Assembly: GCA_023418355.1 (NCBI GenBank)
Contig: JAEZZU010000064.1
Span: 1-30,000, forward strand
Source of the DNA: Pseudomonadota bacterium
GTDB taxonomy: Bacteria; Pseudomonadota; Gammaproteobacteria; Burkholderiales; Burkholderiaceae_C
Direction: 5' to 3'
DNA length: 30,000 nucleotides
Below the pieces are notes generated by a model. The model saw nothing but the letters and a program-made list of their open reading frames with translations, ran no database searches and was not told where the DNA came from. This document shows, one piece after another, positions 15,741 to 23,748 of the stretch (position 1 is its first letter; every line of letters begins with the position of its first letter). The translations under genes and the position numbers were made by a program.

Positions 15741-15982
15741 TAGTCATCCTCTTTGGTAGATTGTGATCTGCCCCAACGTAAATCAATAAGATTTTTCATG
15801 AGGCGAGAAGGAGTTATCATGAAAACAAAAGCCCAACCCATCCATTCAGGAATTTCTTTTTCTATTCCTAAAAAGATAAACATGCCTGTCATAACAGACA
15901 TGCCTACAGCGTTCCAAACTTTAGTAGAACTAACCTTATTCTCAGGATATGTACAAAACATTCCACGTAAAAATTTTTTCAT
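15740..15982 (-). CDS. Small predicted membrane protein (80 aa, two hydrophobic segments, charged C-terminus)
   Basis: Hydrophobic stretches VWNAVGMSVMTGMFIFLGI and WMGWAFVFMITP, with a C-terminus RWGRSQSTKEDD. It has an ATGA overlap with the upstream ORF and a TAATG overlap with the J-like gene. Confidence 0.6.
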   Translation of the reverse strand: MKKFLRGMFCTYPENKVSSTKVWNAVGMSVMTGMFIFLGIEKEIPEWMGWAFVFMITPSRLMKNLIDLRWGRSQSTKEDD

Positions 15983-16287
15983 AGTGCGTTCTCATTACTT
16001 TTTAAATCACGAGATACAACTAATTCCCCAAGGTCTACAGAACCCGCTGAATGCACAAGTACAGCAGCACTAAGACTAATGACAGTAGTACCTGGGGCAA
16101 TATCAGCAGGTAGGGAATACGCCCTTTGCGTCTCCTTATCATAGATAACCTTATACCCACCCAAATCCACACCAACTGAGAAGTAAACAACTTCAGATTG
16201 TTTAACTCCAAAGTGACGGGCTATTGCTTGTTTATTGGTTAAGATTCCGGTTGAACCTTTACCGCCTTGACTGAACATTTCGTTCAT
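15979..16287 (-). CDS. Hypothetical protein (102 aa), first gene after the structured intergenic region
   Basis: AGAGG RBS 6 nt upstream of the ATG, with a coupled stop/start (ATGA) to the next gene. I recognise no motif. Confidence 0.55.
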   Translation of the reverse strand: MNEMFSQGGKGSTGILTNKQAIARHFGVKQSEVVYFSVGVDLGGYKVIYDKETQRAYSLPADIAPGTTVISLSAAVLVHSAGSVDLGELVVSRDLKSNENAL

Positions 16288-16307
16288 AACAACCTCTTTG
16301 TTTTTCT

Positions 16308-16329
16308 AAGAAACCCCTCCAGAGAGGGG
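16308..16329 (-). terminator. Terminator-like hairpin just upstream of the 102-aa gene RBS
   Basis: On the minus strand: CCCCTC-TCTG-GAGGGG followed by TTTCTTAG. Confidence 0.4.
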
Positions 16330-16388
16330 ATAGTGTTACAGGGGAAACAGATGCATGGAATAACTTTTCTGATACCACCCATTCAGAA

Positions 16389-16409
16389 AGGCTATCTCTA
16401 GGATAACCT
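16389..16409 (-). other. Strand-specific RNA hairpin (8-bp stem containing a G-U pair that forms only in the minus-strand transcript)
   Basis: On the minus strand: AGGTTATC-CTAGA-GATAGCCT. The same position on the + strand would be a C-A mismatch. Confidence 0.35.
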
Positions 16410-16426
16410 TTAAGAAAAGTTGTGTG

Positions 16427-16448
16427 AAAAGCAGTGCTTACGCACTGT
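16427..16448 (-). terminator. Rho-independent terminator after the 591-aa tailspike gene
   Basis: On the minus strand: CAGTGC-GTAA-GCACTG followed by CTTTTC, beginning 5 nt after the stop codon. Confidence 0.5.
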
Positions 16449-16452
16449 CTAG

Positions 16453-18228
16453 TTAAGCCCTGTCGACTCGTCCTATTTCATTCCAATAACCACCTATGTA
16501 AATTAGCTCTATGGTGTCGAAGGCTCCTAGAGTAAAGTCCCCATTGATGCGTAAATTACCTGTTTGATTCTTTAGTGTAATTGTGTCGGCAGATGTGTTT
16601 CTCACTAAAACAACACGCATCCCTTCGACTCCACCGTTCAATGTGTTTAACTCTTGAGTACCACCACTTAGCTTGTGCAAGTTTCTAGTTATATTAATCT
16701 GACCACCACTAACTGTAGCTACAGTTGATGATAGGTAGGTCTTAATCCCCCCACCGTCGCATGTAAATTTAATATCATTGTTATGTAAGATATTAAAATT
16801 ACCAGAAGAATCACGACGTAGAACCACACCACTAGTTGTTTTTGTTGGATCATCCGTTAGTTGAATATTTGTTTGATTTTTGCTTCCTGTAAAACGCCCT
16901 CCAACCTTTCCTTTCCAAAATTCAACACCATATCCAGCATTACTTCCAGAAACGATCACTGTCGATTCCGTCGCAGTATCCAATAAAGCACCAGAAATAC
17001 GTATCTGGTCTGAATTAAATCTGCACCCAAAGAAACCTATATCACCTGTATTACTGGTTCCAATTTGTTTTTTAATACCTCCAGCTTGTTGGCTACCTGC
17101 TTGTGTTGCATTCTCAAACACCACACCAAAGAATTGGATAGCACCGCATCTGTCATATTTTACTGGAACATCTAACTTAGTTGCCAGCCATGTTCCATGG
17201 AAGGAGATACCATTACGTGAACCAGAACCTACAGAAGATGGAATGTCTATGTATAGTGCATGTTTTCCCCACTTCTCTACACCGGACTCTACGTTACGGC
17301 TGTGATGGTCGTTTCCAAAGATAGCACCACCGTGCATATTAAATGCACTATTAGTGCCAGTGCCATCCCCTACTATAGCTAGGCCAATGTTTCCCATAGT
17401 CCTTAATTCATATACAGTACACCCGTCAGGGTCTTGCCCAAAGTGCATTGTACCTGCTACCTTGAAATACCCCCCGACTGTTACATTAGATGGGCCAGAT
17501 AGATCTGTATTGTGCATTAACAACCCTACATCGTAATCCGCAGAGTTGTCATTAGTAGGATCTGTAACTTCTCCGTCTAGTGTATTCTTATAGTTAAAAT
17601 CACACACTATTGCTAGGTCTTTACCGAAAGGTGTTAACCCTTGCCCTTTCCTTCCCTTATTTAACACACAATAGCGTACACTAGAGAACTCGTCTTCTCT
17701 ATTTGTAGAGAAAGATTTTGTTCCTACACCAGTGAATAACAAGCAAGTACCAGGTAGTTTGTTCTTGATTCCTGGTATCATAAATACTTTATCATCCGTA
17801 AGAGGAAAAGCACCTATTTTTGCAGCACCTGAACCTACCCATTCACAAGTCTTGTCGATACCATCAGTACAACGATACACCCCTTTAGGGAAGAACAAAG
17901 TAGTACCCACTTCTGTAGCTGCATCATTAGCTATCTGTATTGCTGCTGTATCATCAGCAACTCCATCACCAATTGCACCAAAGTCTTTAACACTTACATA
18001 GTCAGAAAGTCGTTCATGGATGTTACGCGCAATCGCACCACTCAATGCAGATTTATAAGTAACTAACTCTGAGCCAGTATCTTTCAACTGGGTGGCTAAA
18101 ACCACCCCAGTGTCAGTAAGAAAGTTGGAAACTGTGCTTTTAACAGTCTTATCAGGTTGGTCTAAAACCAGGTAATCAGAATCATTAACTTTTGATGTTT
18201 CGGGTAAATTAGTAATTGTAGTTGACAT
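16453..18228 (-). CDS. Tailspike/depolymerase with a pectate-lyase superfamily (Pectate_lyase_3-type) beta-helix domain
   Basis: GGAG RBS. VSVKDFGAIGDGVADDTAAIQIANDAA is the diagnostic N-cap motif of the pectate_lyase_3/tailspike family (v.dfGA.GDG..DDT.A.q.A). The N-terminal 40 aa carry an adaptor-type motif shared with ORF 23275..23748. Confidence 0.75.
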   Translation of the reverse strand: MSTTITNLPETSKVNDSDYLVLDQPDKTVKSTVSNFLTDTGVVLATQLKDTGSELVTYKSALSGAIARNIHERLSDYVSVKDFGAIGDGVADDTAAIQIANDAATEVGTTLFFPKGVYRCTDGIDKTCEWVGSGAAKIGAFPLTDDKVFMIPGIKNKLPGTCLLFTGVGTKSFSTNREDEFSSVRYCVLNKGRKGQGLTPFGKDLAIVCDFNYKNTLDGEVTDPTNDNSADYDVGLLMHNTDLSGPSNVTVGGYFKVAGTMHFGQDPDGCTVYELRTMGNIGLAIVGDGTGTNSAFNMHGGAIFGNDHHSRNVESGVEKWGKHALYIDIPSSVGSGSRNGISFHGTWLATKLDVPVKYDRCGAIQFFGVVFENATQAGSQQAGGIKKQIGTSNTGDIGFFGCRFNSDQIRISGALLDTATESTVIVSGSNAGYGVEFWKGKVGGRFTGSKNQTNIQLTDDPTKTTSGVVLRRDSSGNFNILHNNDIKFTCDGGGIKTYLSSTVATVSGGQINITRNLHKLSGGTQELNTLNGGVEGMRVVLVRNTSADTITLKNQTGNLRINGDFTLGAFDTIELIYIGGYWNEIGRVDRA

Positions 18229-18236
18229 TTTTACTC

Positions 18237-20390
18237 CTATATATAAAATTTTTGTGTTGTTACTAAATCTTCTCCAGATTTAGTAGCTAATGTAATTCCA
18301 CTTATGGTAGCAATCTCAACATTTGCTTGTTTAAGAGTGATATCTTGCAAATAACAATTCAAAGGCACATTACCCATATAGAAAACTTGGGATTGAGAAT
18401 TAACTACCGTGATGGAATCATGCATTATTTGAGGATAGGCCCATATATATTGTGTAAGTCCGTCAAACTTATTGGCGTTCAACACTATGTTACCTATAAT
18501 CATCTTCCAAAGATATGTGCGGTAGTTTGATTTAGGATCAAAGCCATACAAAGGTGCAAGAGTAGCATCTGGAACAAAACCTGAAAGGTAGTGAATATCA
18601 GAATATTCAAAACCTAATTTTTCATGTGGTATAGTAATTGCATCAAATGCTTTCATCATCTTACCTTCCAGAAGCCAGTCATAACACTCTGAACAGTAAA
18701 AATCAAAAGCTTCAGGAATGTAGTAATCAGACGGGAAGTTAACTTTCTCCATCAAACCGTTGCCGATAATTGATGGCAAGAACGGAAGCAATGTTACCTT
18801 GGCTCCTGGGTAAGTTGCTCTAGTATCTGTTGCAAACTTTGTAACTCTTAATCCTAGTTTACGAGACAAAAATGCATAGTATTCGTCAAACGGCGTTCCT
18901 GTTTTATAATTATCTATTGTTCCTGCATCTTGTGCAAATAAACCTGTTTCTGTGTTGAATGCCAGTTTGGTAGTGTAATCATATATGCAAGGCATTTTAC
19001 TTGCTGTATTATACCACCACCAAGGCTCACCAATTTGAATGACAACTGGAATATTATTAGCTTGCGAAATAGATGCTATTTTATTAATAACATTTTGCAA
19101 ATATTCCATACCTTCGTCAATAGTTGGAGACAACACATAACTAGGAGGTTCATACCCTGTTGCTGCAAGAGCATCGTTCCAATCGTGCTGGACCCATTCT
19201 ACAGGACAAACTGTGCTCATCAACTCAAAACTTAAAGAGTTCATTATTGTGTAACCCTTCTCGTTCGCTATAGAATGGAAACTATTTAGCCAAGCTTCTG
19301 TAGCTGGATTCAGGAAGACAGATCTATTTAAAGCCCAAGATGTTCCGTTCCATGAGAACTCATAATAGTGAGACATTCCATTGTAATGGTTAATCATTCC
19401 ACGATAACCTAGCGCATATGTATTATAAATAACTCTTTCTGGAGTCAGGTTATACATATCATCATAAGATGTGCACATGCGAATATCATGTTCAGGCTGG
19501 ACAAGGTTGCTGACTTTCATCATACTATAACCAGAAGTAGGTTCAAGAAGAGTGAAAGTAAACCAAGCCTCTTGACTGTCAATAGGTACAACCTCTTCTA
19601 TTTCTTCATACCTTGCTGTAATCAAAGAGAAGAAAATATTATCTACAGCACTCATGTCCAAAGGAATATCATTATTAGGACCAGAGAAGATATTACCAAA
19701 ATCTAATTTGATTGTAACTGTTTTACCATCTTCTGAAATATCTGAAGCGTAGAATCCTAAACTGACATAATGAACACTTTTATCCAGGAGAGTTACAGTC
19801 AAAGTCGGCACCAAAGGTTCTTCTTTAAAACCTGGCATGTTTTGACTAATTTCCATTTTAAACCAAAGTTTCTCTGAACTTAAATCTGTGTGAGGCAAAT
19901 ACCCAACACCTTTATGGTCATATTTGTCAACTGTGCTCCAGATAACCCCTGCCAAACCTGCTGTTGTTCTGTTTACAAATCTTGCAGTAAAAGAGTCTCC
20001 ATGAGATACAATAGAACAACTTTCCGTTGCTTGAGAATCTATTGTCCAATACATAGGAGAGAACATTTTAACGTCTTTTGTAGTCCAAGTTATTGGAGTA
20101 GTATTTTCTTGGATAGTAGTTATAATACAATTGATGGTTGTTTCAACCATCATGTTATTTTGACTAATCCCTGAAACTTGGAGGGAGAAGTTAAGATCTA
20201 TTGAGTTCTTTGGTCGTTCAAATACTTCAACCACAATAGTAGCAGAATCAGCATCATCAGGGAACACAAGTGTTCCCGATTTTGCAATATAATCTCTACC
20301 AGCGACTGCTGTTCCGTCAACAGTCGTGTAGTTAAATGAACTCGCATTTACTCTCTTGTCTCGCGTGACAGTAAATATAGCTTGTTTCAT
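18237..20390 (-). CDS. Large tail-cluster protein with an N-terminal Calx-beta-like domain; the remainder is unassigned (possibly a glycan-active domain)
   Basis: AAGGGG RBS. FTVTRDKRVNASSFNYTTVDGTAVAGRDYIAKSGTLVFPDDADSATIVVEVF fits the Calx-beta pattern (v.V.R.g....s..y.T.dGTA.ag.DY....g.l.F..g.....i.v.v). The C-terminal ~600 aa are Trp/Tyr-rich (IQIGEPWWWYN). Confidence 0.55.
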   Translation of the reverse strand: MKQAIFTVTRDKRVNASSFNYTTVDGTAVAGRDYIAKSGTLVFPDDADSATIVVEVFERPKNSIDLNFSLQVSGISQNNMMVETTINCIITTIQENTTPITWTTKDVKMFSPMYWTIDSQATESCSIVSHGDSFTARFVNRTTAGLAGVIWSTVDKYDHKGVGYLPHTDLSSEKLWFKMEISQNMPGFKEEPLVPTLTVTLLDKSVHYVSLGFYASDISEDGKTVTIKLDFGNIFSGPNNDIPLDMSAVDNIFFSLITARYEEIEEVVPIDSQEAWFTFTLLEPTSGYSMMKVSNLVQPEHDIRMCTSYDDMYNLTPERVIYNTYALGYRGMINHYNGMSHYYEFSWNGTSWALNRSVFLNPATEAWLNSFHSIANEKGYTIMNSLSFELMSTVCPVEWVQHDWNDALAATGYEPPSYVLSPTIDEGMEYLQNVINKIASISQANNIPVVIQIGEPWWWYNTASKMPCIYDYTTKLAFNTETGLFAQDAGTIDNYKTGTPFDEYYAFLSRKLGLRVTKFATDTRATYPGAKVTLLPFLPSIIGNGLMEKVNFPSDYYIPEAFDFYCSECYDWLLEGKMMKAFDAITIPHEKLGFEYSDIHYLSGFVPDATLAPLYGFDPKSNYRTYLWKMIIGNIVLNANKFDGLTQYIWAYPQIMHDSITVVNSQSQVFYMGNVPLNCYLQDITLKQANVEIATISGITLATKSGEDLVTTQKFYI

Positions 20391-20398
20391 TTTACCCC

Positions 20399-23275
20399 TT
20401 ACTCGGTAACGTCCACACTAATGTTTGCCATTGTCAAAACAGTAAGTGCAGGAATATTGCTCGAATCCAAAACAGGTAATGCATTTTGGGGATTAAGTTT
20501 TTTGTATAAAGCATACAACCCAAAACCACGTAACAACTCTCCAGCGTGGAAGCCAAAGAAGACTCCGTTATCACTGTCTGGTCTAGGAGCAGCACTCCAA
20601 CAACCATTCATAACGTGATTAGGACCAAGAACAATATAGTTTTCCTGAATAAGTTCAAAACAGCGGTCTGCTACTATTTTAATGTTAGGAATTTCTGAAT
20701 CATATCCAGCCATCCCCATTATAGCACATCCCGCCATAAAGAGCGCAGACATGTGACTTGTAAAGTCATCTACAGGCGCAGCCACTTCTCCGTTGGGATA
20801 AAATATTGTTGGTGTTCTTCCTTCGTTGTTATCTTGGAACCACTTCAGGTAGTTGATCCAGTTTTTACAAACTGTTAAAAGTTTTTCAGGAACTTCGGCT
20901 CCTCGTCGCTTTAGTTCGTATACCGTATGACACGCACAGAAGAATGCTCGTGCTTCATAACCATCCCAAGCTTTATCGTTCCAATGATACATTGTGAACT
21001 CATTTTTGTTTCCATATTTATGAGCATCCCAACGATCCCAAACATAAGCTTGTGCCATTGGCCCAGGCATTACAGGGGCAAACTTATTATAAAACCACAT
21101 TTGTGAATCATATAAAAAGTCTATACTGTTGTTCATACGAACCCAGTCAATATCTCTCCCTTTAAAACAATATAAGGATGGGTATTGATAACCTGGGTAA
21201 GGAATACCACGCCAACCGTCATATAATGCTGTGTTAGGATCACTAATATTGGAAAATGGAATGATTCCTGGAGTATAATTCAAACTGTTAAGTTTGTAGT
21301 CCAGTATTGTACAATCTCCAAGTTTTGCTGTATAAGGATTTTCAGATGAAACTGTAACCCTGAAATACATTGTGTAATCATCACCAGCGGCTGAAGAATA
21401 CAAAGATGGGATATCGTTAACGCAATAAAAGTCGATTGCCCCTGTTAAGCCATTTGCAGGTTCAGAATCCAATGCAATGTTGATCTGATCAACAGCAGTC
21501 AGGTTTATTGACGAAGGTTTTGTCTCTGTGTCATTGTGATTAGGTTGCCAAGTACTTAATTTGAAATCAGCAGGACTTAAAGCTTTAGTAACCCATGCAG
21601 AATTTGTTTTTTCTAACATGGCCCACCATCTCCAACCTGCGGAATCCGTAATAGTGATGTTAAAATCATCTGCGTATGAACGATAGGTAATAGATTTTAA
21701 ATTGGTTGTTTTAGTTGGTGTTAACCAAAACCCAATAGTAAAACCACCATCTGAATCCATATTAGCAGAAACTATCTGATCACTATTTGTCCCAGCAATA
21801 CCAGTTGCATATTTATATTGTATCACAGTATTGCTTCCCCAGTCAACAATGATTCTAGGTTCAGCAATAATATATACACCACCTCCAGGAGGTTCAGTGC
21901 GCATAAAACTAGATAAAGGTATATCCATCTTAGTCATATTAGCTGCACCAAGAGGTAAGCCACAACGATATGTCACTGTGTCTGTTTCACTCTTAGTCTT
22001 GCTTAATTCTAACTCTGGACGGAAAAGAACACCTTCCCCTGCATCATCTACACCTTGAAACTCAATACGCAGTTTTGAATTCTGATCCACTCTGAACCAA
22101 ACTGCCTGTTGTTCTAGAGTTGTTTGTGCTGCAACATCTTGGCGAATTACTGTGTATCCTAATTCATCACGAGAATATTTAGGTATTGCTGTAGATGGGT
22201 ATGAGTAATCATACGAGATACCATCTGTAAAAGGAATTATTGCTGTCGTAGATCTACGGAAGAATTTATCAAACATATCGATGTTTGAGTAGTCTTGACA
22301 CAACAATAAAGAAGATTGCCAGCAAAGCCAGTATTTTCTCTCTCCTGTGATCTGATACATCAAGTAGTTTGCATCACACCACCACGTTTCAGCATCGGAA
22401 GCATTATCTTGATAGCCTAACTCTACCGGAACGTTTACAGGACGGTTATGCCACATCTCATTACGCTTAAGCAGATATCCACCGTGTTCTACAGGATTGC
22501 ATGTAGCGTAGTTGAATTTATAGTCCCCGTTCACAGAAGCATTTTTAAGCTGCACTGTTCCATATTCTGCAAAGCTGTGACCTGTAGATAAAATGTTACC
22601 ATCCCAATCAACTTTACGTCCTAGGCGATCTATAATCCATTCAACGTCCCACTGATCTCCATATTCTTTCCAGTTAGTTGAACCATCTGGGTTAGTTGCA
22701 TAAACTGTTGCGTTAACGGAGTTCCAACCAAGATTGCCATTGAAAGCAAACCAAGCTTTATCTAAGTATTCCCCCCAATGCGGTGCACCTTTAGGAATAA
22801 CAGTCCTTCCGTTAATCCAAGTCATCACGCTACCTTTGAACCCGCCGTGCGTAGGATACCCATCATCTGTGAGAGGGTAATGTGCTAAACGTGGTTCTTT
22901 ACCATTGATGATCCAGTTGGGACGATATTTAGCTGGAGGATCAGGAATAGGTTGGCCCCCGAAGAAGTGATCTATGTAGGCTTGCCAATACTTCTCGGCA
23001 GATTCAAGATATTTTTTATCCCCTGTAGCCAAATATGCATAAGCAAAACCAGTGATAAGCACAGATTGACCTTCGGTAGTAGCGTCACCGTTTGGTTGCC
23101 CTTCCTGCGCTGTCCAGTTAATAAAGTGTCTGTTGTTCGCCAATACGTTTTGTGGGTTGATAATGTAATGCTGAACCGTAGGATCTATGGTAAGCCCAGT
23201 ATTTCTTTCCAAAAACTGAACCAACCCTTCAATCAACTGAAACGTGTTGTCAATATTGTGCTTAACTCTTGACAT
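20399..23275 (-). CDS. Very large tail-cluster protein (958 aa) with segments resembling an alpha/alpha-toroid glycan-enzyme fold; putative polysaccharide-degrading or binding protein
   Basis: TAATG coupling to the upstream gene. Helical-repeat segments resemble (alpha/alpha)6-type lyases and hydrolases (ITGFAYAYLATGDKKYLESAEKYWQAYIDHF; ARAFFCACHTVYELKRRG...NWINYLKWFQ; SALFMAGCAIMGMAGYD). They are separated by Trp-rich beta-like regions. The assignment rests on pattern only. Confidence 0.4.
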   Translation of the reverse strand: MSRVKHNIDNTFQLIEGLVQFLERNTGLTIDPTVQHYIINPQNVLANNRHFINWTAQEGQPNGDATTEGQSVLITGFAYAYLATGDKKYLESAEKYWQAYIDHFFGGQPIPDPPAKYRPNWIINGKEPRLAHYPLTDDGYPTHGGFKGSVMTWINGRTVIPKGAPHWGEYLDKAWFAFNGNLGWNSVNATVYATNPDGSTNWKEYGDQWDVEWIIDRLGRKVDWDGNILSTGHSFAEYGTVQLKNASVNGDYKFNYATCNPVEHGGYLLKRNEMWHNRPVNVPVELGYQDNASDAETWWCDANYLMYQITGERKYWLCWQSSLLLCQDYSNIDMFDKFFRRSTTAIIPFTDGISYDYSYPSTAIPKYSRDELGYTVIRQDVAAQTTLEQQAVWFRVDQNSKLRIEFQGVDDAGEGVLFRPELELSKTKSETDTVTYRCGLPLGAANMTKMDIPLSSFMRTEPPGGGVYIIAEPRIIVDWGSNTVIQYKYATGIAGTNSDQIVSANMDSDGGFTIGFWLTPTKTTNLKSITYRSYADDFNITITDSAGWRWWAMLEKTNSAWVTKALSPADFKLSTWQPNHNDTETKPSSINLTAVDQINIALDSEPANGLTGAIDFYCVNDIPSLYSSAAGDDYTMYFRVTVSSENPYTAKLGDCTILDYKLNSLNYTPGIIPFSNISDPNTALYDGWRGIPYPGYQYPSLYCFKGRDIDWVRMNNSIDFLYDSQMWFYNKFAPVMPGPMAQAYVWDRWDAHKYGNKNEFTMYHWNDKAWDGYEARAFFCACHTVYELKRRGAEVPEKLLTVCKNWINYLKWFQDNNEGRTPTIFYPNGEVAAPVDDFTSHMSALFMAGCAIMGMAGYDSEIPNIKIVADRCFELIQENYIVLGPNHVMNGCWSAAPRPDSDNGVFFGFHAGELLRGFGLYALYKKLNPQNALPVLDSSNIPALTVLTMANISVDVTE

Positions 23276-23748
23276 TAAATAACTCCTGCTAAAACTAAGC
23301 TACCTGTCCAAGTTGCTCCATTATCATAACTGATAAACTCAAAAGTGTCTGTTGCACCTTGACGATAACTCAAAACTGGGGAACGACCAAAACTCCATTT
23401 TACAGAAGAAGGCCATACGACTTTATTTGCACCACTTCCTTGACGCAAAGCTAAAGTAAAGTTTAAAACTGCATTTGTTGCTACTGGAATATTAGTAAAA
23501 CTAATTGTGCACGTTGCAGAAGATAAAGTTGCTGAAAAATATTCTGCCGAACTAATATCTAATGCCAGGGTGCTAGTTACTGTTCCCCGTGCATTCAGAC
23601 GGTTTCTAGTTACCCCTGCACCACTCAACAGCACTTTCAAAGAAGTTTTCTTTGTTATTCCAGCCTGATCTGTTACAAAGAAATCTGTATCAGACACAGA
23701 GGTTGTTTGTGTAAGATCAGAAACTTTGATCGTAGTTAAATCTGCCAT
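23275..23748 (-). CDS. Small tail/baseplate accessory protein (157 aa) with a tailspike-type N-terminal adaptor motif
   Basis: TAATG overlaps on both sides. The N-terminus LTQTTSVSDTDFFVTDQAGITKKTSLKVLL parallels LPETSKVNDSDYLVLDQPDKTVKSTVSNFL of the 591-aa tailspike. Confidence 0.55.
   Translation of the reverse strand: MADLTTIKVSDLTQTTSVSDTDFFVTDQAGITKKTSLKVLLSGAGVTRNRLNARGTVTSTLALDISSAEYFSATLSSATCTISFTNIPVATNAVLNFTLALRQGSGANKVVWPSSVKWSFGRSPVLSYRQGATDTFEFISYDNGATWTGSLVLAGVI

Noticed and set aside
16288-16452. tRNA gene in the 165-nt intergenic region
   Set aside because: There is no GTTCRANYC T-loop box, no D-loop consensus and no cloverleaf-compatible arm spacing on either strand. The hairpins are isolated stems followed by T-runs.
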